Below the pieces are notes generated by a model that did no database searches, had not been told where the DNA came from, and worked only from the letters and a program-made list of their open reading frames with translations. The translations under genes and the position numbers were made by a program. Positions 25,842 through 34,715 of a stretch of 52,042 nt of DNA are shown here, piece after piece. Origin of the DNA: Candidatus Taylorbacteria bacterium RIFCSPLOWO2_12_FULL_43_20 (lineage in GTDB: Bacteria; Patescibacteriota; Minisyncoccia; Phycocordibacterales; HO2-43-120); assembly GCA_001821295.1 (NCBI GenBank), contig MHSK01000011.1, forward strand, positions 1-52,042, given 5' to 3'. The first letter of the stretch is position 1. Every line of letters begins with the position of its first letter.

Positions 25842-26372
25842 ATGAATAAAGAAATTTTAAAAAATGAAAAAGCGGCCTTTGCCAAAAAACTTGGTTTTAA
25901 AAACGTCATGCGCGCGCCAAGAATAGTCAAGATTGTCATAAGCACGGGCGTTGGGTCTCTAAAAGACAAGAAGAAACTTGAGCTTATTGGCGATCGCCTT
26001 TCCAAAATATGCGGACAGAAACCGGCTATCAGGCCCGCAAAAAAATCCATAGCTTCTTTCAAGGTAAGGCAAGGCGATCCATCAGGGTATCAGGTTACTT
26101 TGCGCGGTCAAAGAATGGAAAAGTTTTTAGATAAAATGCTTAACGTTTCTTTACCCAGAACGAAGGACTTCCGAGGAATATCCAAGGACGCCATTGATGA
26201 CATGGGAAACATAACAATTGGGATAAAAGAACACACAGTATTTCCGGAAACGGCGGACGAAGAGCTCAAGGATGTGTTCGGTATGGCTGTAACTATCGCC
26301 ACAACCGCGAAGGGCAAGAAAGAGGCGGAAGATTTTTTTGAGCATATTAAGCTACCTTTCAAAAAGAAGTAA
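25842..26372 (+). CDS. rplE: 50S ribosomal protein L5
   Basis: L5-like sequence (PRIVKIVISTGVG...FRGIS...GNITIGIKEHTVFPE). Confidence 0.95.
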   Translation: MNKEILKNEKAAFAKKLGFKNVMRAPRIVKIVISTGVGSLKDKKKLELIGDRLSKICGQKPAIRPAKKSIASFKVRQGDPSGYQVTLRGQRMEKFLDKMLNVSLPRTKDFRGISKDAIDDMGNITIGIKEHTVFPETADEELKDVFGMAVTIATTAKGKKEAEDFFEHIKLPFKKK

Positions 26373-26492
26373 ATGGAGCGAAGCAGACATTGCACTTCAG
26401 GATTTTGTATGTTAGCATAGCATCAAGCTCAAGTGAGCTGTTTTTCGTCAATTGAAACGCCGCATCTGCAATGAGGCGTTAAAAAATTATTT

Positions 26493-26678
26493 ATGGCAAA
26501 AAAATCAGTTATTGCAAGGTCGCAAAAACCTCCAAAATTCGCTTCTAGGGTTGTAAGAAGATGTTTTAGATGTGGAAGAAAAAGAGGTTTTATGAGGGAC
26601 TTTGACTTGTGCAGAATTTGCTTCAGGGAATTCGCCAATGAAGGTATGATACCGGGAGTTAAAAAATCCTCTTGGTAA
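26493..26678 (+). CDS. rpsN: 30S ribosomal protein S14, zinc-binding type Z (61 aa)
   Basis: [23 protein letters not shown] contains the CxxC...CxxC motif; short form. Confidence 0.93.
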   Translation: MAKKSVIARSQKPPKFASRVVRRCFRCGRKRGFMRDFDLCRICFREFANEGMIPGVKKSSW

Positions 26679-26690
26679 AAATTTAAAAAA

Positions 26691-27077
26691 ATGGATACCA
26701 TAGCCAATTTTATAATACAGTTGAAAAACGCGAGCCAAACCGGCAAAGAAACCGTTTTTTTTCCTCATTCCAAGATGTGCGCTGGAATTGCCGATGTTTT
26801 GGAAAAAGAGGGATTTATTAAAGTGGAAGTAAAAAAGGGTAAAAAGACTGGTAAGCTCTTGGAAATCAAAATACAGTCCGTTGATGGCAATCCTAAAATT
26901 ACAAATGTAAAAAGAATATCCAAACCATCCAAAAGAATTTATTATGCCGCCAACCAATTGAGGCCCGTAAGAAGCGGATTCGGCCGCCTGATACTGTCAA
27001 CATCAAAAGGCATTCTTTCTGGAAAACAAGCTCGTGACGCCAAAATGGGGGGAGAGGCGTTGTTTGAAATATGGTAG
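26691..27077 (+). CDS. rpsH: 30S ribosomal protein S8
   Basis: DTIANFIIQLKNA N-terminus and ...GGEALFEIW C-terminus. Confidence 0.95.
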   Translation: MDTIANFIIQLKNASQTGKETVFFPHSKMCAGIADVLEKEGFIKVEVKKGKKTGKLLEIKIQSVDGNPKITNVKRISKPSKRIYYAANQLRPVRSGFGRLILSTSKGILSGKQARDAKMGGEALFEIW

Positions 27078-27119
27078 GTAAAGACCCCGATAATATCGGA
27101 CTTTTATATAAAAATTACA

Positions 27120-27653
27120 ATGTCGCGAATAGGAAAACAGAAAATTGAAATAAGTCCCAGTACCGAAGTTACGGTCGTGGAGAACAATGTGACGGTCAAA
27201 GGATCGCTCGGACAACTGTCCAGGACTTTCGGGAGTAAGATAGTCATAAAAAAAGAAGGTAACGAAATAACGCTTGTGCCGGCCAATGATGACAGCGAAA
27301 CCTCCGGCTTGTGGGGGACTTACGCTCGGGAAATTACCAATATGATAAGCGGAGTTAATAAACCGTTTGAAAGGAAGTTGATTGTTGAGGGTATAGGGTA
27401 TAAATCAGAGGTAAAAGGCAATGAACTTGTTTTGGATCTGGGTTTTTCTCATGACGTCAAGGTGCAGATTCCGCAGGGTATAAAAGTAACGGCGGAAAAA
27501 AATCTCATAACCATATCCGGTATTGACAAGGATCTTGTGGGGCAGGTGGCGGCAAAAATAAGAATGCAAAAAAAACCTGAACCGTATAAGGGAAAAGGCA
27601 TCAGGTACAGCGAAGAAATCATAAAAAGAAAGCAAGGCAAAAAGACGGTCTGA
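27120..27653 (+). CDS. rplF: 50S ribosomal protein L6
   Basis: MSRIGKQKIEI N-terminus and ...KGKGIRY C-terminal motif. Confidence 0.95.
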   Translation: MSRIGKQKIEISPSTEVTVVENNVTVKGSLGQLSRTFGSKIVIKKEGNEITLVPANDDSETSGLWGTYAREITNMISGVNKPFERKLIVEGIGYKSEVKGNELVLDLGFSHDVKVQIPQGIKVTAEKNLITISGIDKDLVGQVAAKIRMQKKPEPYKGKGIRYSEEIIKRKQGKKTV

Positions 27654-27666
27654 TAATTATTTGCGT

Positions 27667-28011
27667 ATGGATATAAAAACACAAAAAAGAATAAGAAGGC
27701 ATAAAAAGATTCGCACGAGGGTGAAGGGAACAGGCGATAAGCCGCGTTTTAGTGTTTTCAGGTCCAATAAGCATGTCTATGCCCAGCTCATTGATGATGG
27801 ATCGGGAAAGACTCTGGCTTCAGCATGTTCCATGAAAAAGGTTTCTGGGCAGAAAACCATTGATGCGGCAAAAGAAACCGGCAGGAAGATCGCTCAAATG
27901 GCAAAAGAGAAAAAAATTACGCAAGCGGTTTTTGACCGTTCGGGTTATATATTTACCGGAAAAATAAAAGCCATAGCCGAAGGGGCAAAAGAAGGGGGGT
28001 TGAAAATGTAA
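27667..28011 (+). CDS. rplR: 50S ribosomal protein L18
   Basis: RIRRHKKIRTRV...PRFSVFRSNKHVYAQLIDD signature. Start at ATG 27667 or TTG 27661. Confidence 0.93.
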   Translation: MDIKTQKRIRRHKKIRTRVKGTGDKPRFSVFRSNKHVYAQLIDDGSGKTLASACSMKKVSGQKTIDAAKETGRKIAQMAKEKKITQAVFDRSGYIFTGKIKAIAEGAKEGGLKM

Positions 28012-28026
28012 CTTATACTAAATATC

Positions 28027-28575
28027 ATGGCAGACGCCCAAACACAAAAAAATATAGATTATAAAAAACCTCGTGAGGATGCTAGGGAACAGCGCAAGAA
28101 CCCCAGACGTTCTTTCGCCAGGGAAGCCAGAGTCAAGCCGGAATTCGAACAGCAAATAATCAGCATAAGGAGAGTTACCAGAGTGGCGTCCGGAGGAAGG
28201 CGCTTCAGTTTTAGCGTGGCCATTGTGGCGGGCAACAGGAAGGGGTCGGTAGGTGTGGGTTTGGGAAAAGCGGGAGACACATCTCTTGCTATTGACAAAG
28301 CCATGCGCGATGCCAAGAAGAAGATGATTAAGATCCCGCTTACCAAGAGCATGTCTATTCCTTTCGGACTTAGCGCGAAATTTTGCGGTTCTGTAGTCCA
28401 AATTATCCCTACTCCGGGGAAGGGTCTGGTGGCTGGCAGCGCGGTGAGAAGTGTTCTTGAGCTTGGTGGCGTAAATGACGTAAGTGCTAAAATTTTATCA
28501 AGAAGCAAAAACAAGCTTAATAACGCGGAAGTCGCGATAGCCGCGTTGAAAAAAATTCCCGTTCATGCTGCTTAG
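28027..28575 (+). CDS. rpsE: 30S ribosomal protein S5
   Basis: RVTRVASGGRRFSFSVAIVAGNRKGSVGVGLGKA signature. Confidence 0.95.
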   Translation: MADAQTQKNIDYKKPREDAREQRKNPRRSFAREARVKPEFEQQIISIRRVTRVASGGRRFSFSVAIVAGNRKGSVGVGLGKAGDTSLAIDKAMRDAKKKMIKIPLTKSMSIPFGLSAKFCGSVVQIIPTPGKGLVAGSAVRSVLELGGVNDVSAKILSRSKNKLNNAEVAIAALKKIPVHAA

Positions 28576-28685
28576 GGTCCGTTCATAATCTAATTGCTAG
28601 GCAAATTTCCCAAATTTGCGGTTGGATCATGAACAGCATCTAATAATATAATCGGAAAGGAGTAAGTTATGTTCAAAATATAATT

Positions 28686-29126
28686 ATGCAGTTACATAAT
28701 GTAAAAAGGAATACGAAGAGAAAGAAAAAAATAAGAGTCGGCAGGGGGGGCAAAAGAGGAAAAACTTCCGGCCGCGGGACCAAAGGACAGAATGCCAGAG
28801 CCGGAAGAAAAAAGAGGCCAGAACTTAGAGATTTGATAAAGAAATTGCCTAAACTTCGCGGCCGGGGCGTCAACTCAAACAAAAGCAGACAAGCTGATCT
28901 TTTGGTTGTCAATTTGGATTTCATAGAGAAAAATTTTCAAAACGGTTCGGAAGTAAGTCCGAAAACTCTGGAGACCAAAGGTGTTGTCAGGCGCTATGGC
29001 AATTCTTCTGTTCCTGTTAAAATATTATCCATGGGCAATTTGACTAAAAGTATCACCGTGATCGGATGTGAATTGTCAAAAAAGGCCAAGGATGCGGTGG
29101 AGAAAGCAGGAGGGAAGATTGTATAG
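28686..29126 (+). CDS. rplO: 50S ribosomal protein L15
   Basis: VGRGGKRGKTSGRGTKGQNARAG signature. Follows rpsE directly, with no rpmD (L30) ORF in the 110-nt gap. Confidence 0.93.
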   Translation: MQLHNVKRNTKRKKKIRVGRGGKRGKTSGRGTKGQNARAGRKKRPELRDLIKKLPKLRGRGVNSNKSRQADLLVVNLDFIEKNFQNGSEVSPKTLETKGVVRRYGNSSVPVKILSMGNLTKSITVIGCELSKKAKDAVEKAGGKIV

Positions 29127-29146
29127 GGCCGCGCACGACGTCCTAA

Positions 29147-30418
29147 ATGTTTATTATGTTTGATAAGATTTCCTTTATTTTAAAAGACCATGTTTTGCGC
29201 AGAAAGCTGTTGTTTGTCTTCCTTGGGCTTGTTTTGTTCAGAGTGATGGCCGCGATTCCGATCCCCGGAGTGGATCCCGTACGCCTTGAAAGTTTTTTTG
29301 CCAATAATCAGTTTTTCGGGCTTTTGAATATTTTTTCCGGGTCCGGCTTGGCCACACTTTCAATAGTTATGCTTGGAGTCGGACCTTACATTACCGCTTC
29401 TATAATCATGCAGCTTTTGACCATGATGTCGTCAAAGCTTAAAGCTCTTTATCATGAAGAAGGTGAGGCCGGAAGGATGAGATTCACGCAATATTCTAGA
29501 AGGATAAGCGTCATTTTGGCGGCTATTCAAGCATATGGTTTTCTTATTCTTTTGGAGAGACAGGGTATCATAGACGCGCTAGCCCCCTTTGATCTAGTGA
29601 CTAATATTTTTGTGATAACCGGCGGTTCTGTTTTGCTGATGTGGCTCGGTGAATTGATCACTGAGTACGGCATAGGCAATGGAGTTTCCTTGATAATTTT
29701 CGGAGGAATCGTTGCCGGCTTGCCTCAGACTCTGAATAGATTGATATTTACCTTTGACCCCTCAAGAATACCGCTGTATGTCATGTCATTGGTGGTTGCA
29801 GTCGTTATCGTCTGGGCGGTGGTTGTAATAACCGAAGGTGAACGGCCGATACCGGTAACCTATGCGAAAAGAGTAAGGGGGTCCAAAATGTACGGAGGAG
29901 TGTCCACGTATCTGCCTTTGAGGGTGAATCAGGCCGGAGTTATTCCCATAATTTTCGCTCTTTCCATACTATTGTTTCCTCAAATGATTTTGAACTTTTT
30001 GGTAAATACCACCAATCCTCAAATAGTCAGTTTTGCCGAGCGCGGTCTGGCGGTACTTTCCAATTCATGGATTTACGGTATCGGATATTTTATACTGGTG
30101 TTTGTTTTTACCTATTTTTATACAGCTGTCACGTTTGATCCCCATACAATATCTACCAATCTGCAGAAAAACGGAGCGTTTATACCGGGTGTACGTCCAG
30201 GACAATCCACATCTAGTCATCTGGCCCGCGTCGTTACGCGCATAACGCTGGTGGGAGCCATATTTTTGGCTTTTATCGCCGTCTTGCCTCTCATCATGCA
30301 GGGCGTGACTGGAGATCCTTCTTTGGCAATAGGAGGAACCGCGCTTCTCATTGCCGTGTCGGTTGTTCTGGATTTCGCCAAAAAGATAGAAGGACAGGTG
30401 TCAATGAGAGAATACTAG
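29147..30418 (+). CDS. secY: Preprotein translocase subunit SecY
   Basis: 10-TM protein with typical SecY segments (IPIPGVD, GVGPYITASIIMQLL, LNQAGVIPIIFA). Confidence 0.95.
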   Translation: MFIMFDKISFILKDHVLRRKLLFVFLGLVLFRVMAAIPIPGVDPVRLESFFANNQFFGLLNIFSGSGLATLSIVMLGVGPYITASIIMQLLTMMSSKLKALYHEEGEAGRMRFTQYSRRISVILAAIQAYGFLILLERQGIIDALAPFDLVTNIFVITGGSVLLMWLGELITEYGIGNGVSLIIFGGIVAGLPQTLNRLIFTFDPSRIPLYVMSLVVAVVIVWAVVVITEGERPIPVTYAKRVRGSKMYGGVSTYLPLRVNQAGVIPIIFALSILLFPQMILNFLVNTTNPQIVSFAERGLAVLSNSWIYGIGYFILVFVFTYFYTAVTFDPHTISTNLQKNGAFIPGVRPGQSTSSHLARVVTRITLVGAIFLAFIAVLPLIMQGVTGDPSLAIGGTALLIAVSVVLDFAKKIEGQVSMREY

Positions 30419-30425
30419 TTATTAT

Positions 30426-31016
30426 ATGGAGCTTAAAACTGTTATATTCATGGGTCGGTCCGGTTGTGGTAAGGGTACGCAGGCGTCGCTTCTGGTAGAG
30501 TACTTGAGAATGAAAGACCAAGAGCACTTGACTCATTACCTTGAAACAGGCAAAGAATTCAGAAAGTTCATCACCACTCCGGGCTATTCCGCGGAAAACG
30601 CCAAGCGCATTTATGAGGAGGGCGGACTTATGCCGGAGTTTTTGCCCGTGTGGATCTGGTCTGAGTTTTTTATTAGGAATATTTCAGGCAAAGAGCACAT
30701 AATAATGGATGGCGTGGCAAGACGTTTTCGCGAAGCGGAAATTATGGATTCCGCGTTTGATTTCTACAAGAGGCCAAAGCCGACTGTAATTCTGATTGAT
30801 GTATCCAAGGAGTGGGCGTTTGATCGTCTCATGGCAAGGAAGCGCAGTGATGATAGCGAAGAAGATATCAGAACGCGCCTGGATTGGTTTGAGAAAGACG
30901 TGTCCAAATCTTTGAGTTTTTACAAAAGTGATCCTAAATATGATTTTATTGTGGTAAACGGTGAACAAACTATTGAAGAAGTGCACGGAGAAATTATTTC
31001 CAAATTTTCAAAATAG
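30426..31016 (+). CDS. adk: Adenylate kinase-like nucleoside monophosphate kinase
   Basis: P-loop GRSGCGKGTQ in the conserved position after secY. Divergent, with no zinc lid. Confidence 0.8.
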   Translation: MELKTVIFMGRSGCGKGTQASLLVEYLRMKDQEHLTHYLETGKEFRKFITTPGYSAENAKRIYEEGGLMPEFLPVWIWSEFFIRNISGKEHIIMDGVARRFREAEIMDSAFDFYKRPKPTVILIDVSKEWAFDRLMARKRSDDSEEDIRTRLDWFEKDVSKSLSFYKSDPKYDFIVVNGEQTIEEVHGEIISKFSK

Positions 31017-31043
31017 GATTTGAAACGGGTAGTGCTCAATGCA

Positions 31044-31811
31044 ATGAAAATTAAGTCAGAAAAAGACATAAAGATAATGAGAGAAGGCGGAAGAAGGCAT
31101 TCTGTTATTATGGATAAGATAGCGCGTCTAGTTTCCCCGGGTGTTCGTTCTAGTTATCTCAATGACATGGCTCTAAAATTGATTGAAGAAGGCGGCGATA
31201 AGCCGGCTTTTTTAAACTATAAGCCGTATGGAGCAAGCAGGCCTTACCCCGCGAGTCTTTGCGTGTCGGTCAACGACGAAATCGTTCATGGAATTCCAAA
31301 TGAAAAAGATAAGGTTTTGAAGGAGGGAGACATTGTCGGTTTGGATTGCGGGCTTATACACAAAGGGATGGTTACAGACATGGCTGTAACGGTGCCCGTC
31401 GGAAAGATAAGCCGGGAGGCATTACTCTTGATCCAAGCGGCGAAGTATGCTCTCACGAGAGGAATCAGCGCGGCGAAAGCCGGCAATACGGTTGGCGACA
31501 TTGGTTTTGAAATAATGTCATACATAAAGCCGTATGGATATGGAATAGTTAAAGAGCTTGCCGGCCACGGCGTCGGATATAAAGTGCATGAAGATCCTTA
31601 CGTTCCAAATTACGGAAAAAAAGGTGAAGGGCCGGAGCTTTTACCTGGCGCTGTTATCGCCATAGAGCCGATGTTGAATCTTGGAACGGCCCGGATCAAG
31701 CTGGATCCGGACGGCTACACGTACAGGACTGCAGACGGGAAAATAAGCGCGCACTTTGAGCACACTGTTCTCATAAGTAAAGAGGGGCCGGAGATTTTGA
31801 CTCAACATTAA
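31044..31811 (+). CDS. map: Type I methionine aminopeptidase
   Basis: Metal-ligand context DIVGLDCG...TDMA, HGVGYKVHEDP, AIEPM, FEHTVLI. ATG at 31044 preferred over TTG at 31020. Confidence 0.93.
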   Translation: MKIKSEKDIKIMREGGRRHSVIMDKIARLVSPGVRSSYLNDMALKLIEEGGDKPAFLNYKPYGASRPYPASLCVSVNDEIVHGIPNEKDKVLKEGDIVGLDCGLIHKGMVTDMAVTVPVGKISREALLLIQAAKYALTRGISAAKAGNTVGDIGFEIMSYIKPYGYGIVKELAGHGVGYKVHEDPYVPNYGKKGEGPELLPGAVIAIEPMLNLGTARIKLDPDGYTYRTADGKISAHFEHTVLISKEGPEILTQH

Positions 31812-31875
31812 TGATGATATAATAATGATACACTCTTTAAGAGTATGTACGTAATTTATATAGTGATTAAATATA

Positions 31876-34233
31876 ATGACGGAAAAAATTATAAAAAATT
31901 TGGACGAGCTGGAGATGCCCGAAGCGTCACATTCTTCTAAAAAAGAAGAGACAGGCGGCGATCAGGAAAAAAATGGAATGCGTCAAGCTGATATGCGGAT
32001 AAAGCGCGCTCTAAAACGCTTAATGGCAAGCAAGACGCTTAATGATCTTTTGGGCAGTAGCGTAGATATAGAAAAGATAACGGAAGGACTTGAGACAAAA
32101 ATTGAGATTGCAAGAGCTCAAAATGACGATGAGTTCTCGGCTTCGTGCCAAAATACGTTAGACGCATTCAAAGGTTTTATTAGAACCTCACTTACTTCAA
32201 AGGAAAAGGACGACCCACTGGGAGACAAAGCGGACATTATTGGAAGAATTCTGGAGCCGGGCATTGGGCGTGGTTCTAAAAAAGAAGCTGCTAAAAAGGA
32301 AGAGCAAAATCCGAACACAATATCTGACGAGCAAGCAATGGACGTGATAAGAGCCGTGGCGCATGAGCATCCGAGTGTGTTATCAGTCGGCGATATTGTT
32401 TCCGGTGAAGAAAACGATAAAAAAACAGAAACACGCGCACGGGATGAAAAAAAAGCGGAAAATAGGAGAACTGTTGGTTTACACATAAAAAATCTTAAAG
32501 GATTTGCCGACACTCCCTCAAAGTCAAGGCAGGTAAAAGTGGATAAGTACATAAACATGACTTTATCAGACGCGACTAATAACGTTGATAAAAATCCAGA
32601 ATATTTAGATATGCTGGAAGAAGCATATATTAAAGCTGGATATTTGAAACGCGCAACAGGTGAGAAAGTTGGCCGAGAGGAGTCATCTACAGAGGCAAAG
32701 CAAAAAAATGAACAAACAAAAAAGGAAGAAAAACCCAGAGCTAAAAAAGCCGAGGGAACAGATGTTTCAGACGTGGAAACTGTGCGCGGTTTGTCTGTTG
32801 AGTCCGATATTGGTGGTGAAAATGTGGCGCGTGAAAGTGATTCAACAGAAAGAAAACAAGAAGCGCCCCGTTTAGGTATTCAATCCGATACCGACGGTGT
32901 TAGTGTGGGAGAAGCAGCCAAACCGGAAAATGAGCCGCGGGGAGAGGGGGATATTGGATCGAAAGTAGAGCCGGGTGTTCCCGAAGGGAGCCAGGCGTCA
33001 ATAGGACAAGCGCCTTCACCAATAGAAACAAATGCGGATGCGCCAAAAGCGCCGGAAGTGCCGAAAGAGCCGGAAACTGAAAAAGCCGAGGGCACAAACA
33101 TCGGAGAAACGCCCGCCATTAACTGGAGATTTAAAGAAATTAAAGACGTGCCGGAAGGCGACCTCACTGTAGCCGAAATGATGGACCATGGTGATTTTCC
33201 TCTGTTTCTTGCCCAGTATTCCAACGGAGAGCACCTCATAGATGCTGACGACGTAGAAGGTGTGAGGGAAATTTTTGACGCGTATGTCTACGGAGGAACA
33301 GTTGTTAACGGTCTGAAAAGGACGGTACAGCAGTATTACGAAAGATCAGCTGGAGTCAAGTTCAGCCCAGAGGAGCTTGCTGTCATTGATGAATACATAA
33401 TGGCTGAAGCCAGAGATAATCCGGGCAGAATAAAAGAACTGGGCCAAGAAGTTGTAATTTTTGAATCGTTGCAAAAAGAAAATAACGAGCTTGAGCAGGA
33501 AATAAGAAAAATGGGACGAAATGCTGTCACTGAACGGCTGAAATATGAAATCGCGGCGCTGAAAGCCGAACAGTATGATTTGCAACAATTAGAAAGCGGG
33601 GACGCGGCGAACTCAGGCATGTATCATATGAAAGAACTTTTTCTCTTTTGGAAAAAGGATACGCCGGGGAAGAGGAATAGGAGGCGGCTCAAGGAGCTTG
33701 AAGAAAAAATATCCGAAATGGAAGGCACTTTGGCCGGGCTGGAACAAATCAAGGATTCAAGGAAGTCTTTGTTGGAGATTATTGAGCCTCTTGGCAAACT
33801 AAACGAACTTGCGCAAGAAAAAGCAAAAGAACAGCTGGAGAGAATGATGGCCTCTGGTGATCCGGAAAAAACATATGCTTATTTTGAACGTGTGTCCGAT
33901 GCGGAAGAGGACGATGACATAGAGATGCTCCGCAAAATAGACAAGGATGAAGTGAGATCAGCGCTTGATGAAAAAATTGAGGCCAAGGTTGCCAGAGATA
34001 TCAAGAAAACACTTGATGGGTTTAGGTTTGGAGCGAAAATAGGCAATGTTGAAAATTTGAAGAAATCTTTGAGGAAGCATCTTGAAAGAAGCGGCATGGG
34101 ATCAAAAAAGGGAGTAGAAGCCCAGGAAAACGTGCGCCGCATTTTGCTTGAAGTCTCAAGAGAGCTGGGAGGTGGAGCGGAAGCTAAAGCGAAGATGATG
34201 ATGGTAACAGCCATTTTTAATGAATTAAAGTAG
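31876..34233 (+). CDS. Hypothetical 785-aa hyper-charged (E/K-rich) coiled-coil protein
   Basis: Intact long ORF with no TM and no signal peptide by eye. Internal repeat K(A/K)EGT(D/N). C-terminal half is predicted helical. No family recognised. Confidence 0.6.
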   Translation: MTEKIIKNLDELEMPEASHSSKKEETGGDQEKNGMRQADMRIKRALKRLMASKTLNDLLGSSVDIEKITEGLETKIEIARAQNDDEFSASCQNTLDAFKGFIRTSLTSKEKDDPLGDKADIIGRILEPGIGRGSKKEAAKKEEQNPNTISDEQAMDVIRAVAHEHPSVLSVGDIVSGEENDKKTETRARDEKKAENRRTVGLHIKNLKGFADTPSKSRQVKVDKYINMTLSDATNNVDKNPEYLDMLEEAYIKAGYLKRATGEKVGREESSTEAKQKNEQTKKEEKPRAKKAEGTDVSDVETVRGLSVESDIGGENVARESDSTERKQEAPRLGIQSDTDGVSVGEAAKPENEPRGEGDIGSKVEPGVPEGSQASIGQAPSPIETNADAPKAPEVPKEPETEKAEGTNIGETPAINWRFKEIKDVPEGDLTVAEMMDHGDFPLFLAQYSNGEHLIDADDVEGVREIFDAYVYGGTVVNGLKRTVQQYYERSAGVKFSPEELAVIDEYIMAEARDNPGRIKELGQEVVIFESLQKENNELEQEIRKMGRNAVTERLKYEIAALKAEQYDLQQLESGDAANSGMYHMKELFLFWKKDTPGKRNRRRLKELEEKISEMEGTLAGLEQIKDSRKSLLEIIEPLGKLNELAQEKAKEQLERMMASGDPEKTYAYFERVSDAEEDDDIEMLRKIDKDEVRSALDEKIEAKVARDIKKTLDGFRFGAKIGNVENLKKSLRKHLERSGMGSKKGVEAQENVRRILLEVSRELGGGAEAKAKMMMVTAIFNELK

Positions 34234-34251
34234 GAGCTCTAACTAACACAT

Positions 34252-34488
34252 ATGAAAGACATCAACGCAAAAAAAATAGAAAAGCTTTTAAAAGAAGAGA
34301 GATATGATGAAGCGCGGTCGCTCCTTGCCGATTTTTTCAGTCAGGAGCTCACGAAGGAAGACCGCGCTTCGTTATATCTTGATTATGCTCTGCTTCACCT
34401 CAAGGTTATGAATCGCATAGCCGCGCGTTATAATAAGCAACTTAAAACCATAAGAAAAAATCTTTCCGAGCTTCCAGAAAATGCTTAG
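34252..34488 (+). CDS. Hypothetical 78-aa helical protein
   Basis: ORF starting 18 nt after the preceding gene. No recognised family. Confidence 0.45.
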   Translation: MKDINAKKIEKLLKEERYDEARSLLADFFSQELTKEDRASLYLDYALLHLKVMNRIAARYNKQLKTIRKNLSELPENA

Positions 34489-34502
34489 GGCTGTTCACAA
34501 TC

Positions 34503-34646
34503 GTAACCGCTCACACCTTGAAGGGTGTCATTCCCGCGAAGGCGGGAATCTAGACCGCATTTGAACCTGGATTCCCGTCTTCGCGGGAATGACAGAAGGA
34601 GAAAAATGTTACAATTAGCGGGTTACTCGGCCTTGTGAGCGGTTAA
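34503..34646. repeat. Composite nested palindrome containing two family C hairpins
   Basis: Outer arms GTAACCGCTCACA / TGTGAGCGGTTAA enclose GTCATTCCCGCGAAGGCGGGAAT (34527-34549) and ATTCCCGTCTTCGCGGGAATGAC (34571-34593). Confidence 0.85.
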
Positions 34647-34715
34647 ATTGTTTTTTATTGATAATATATTGCGGTTAGAGTGTAAACTGACTCCAGTGAG
34701 TTTTGAAGATAAATT

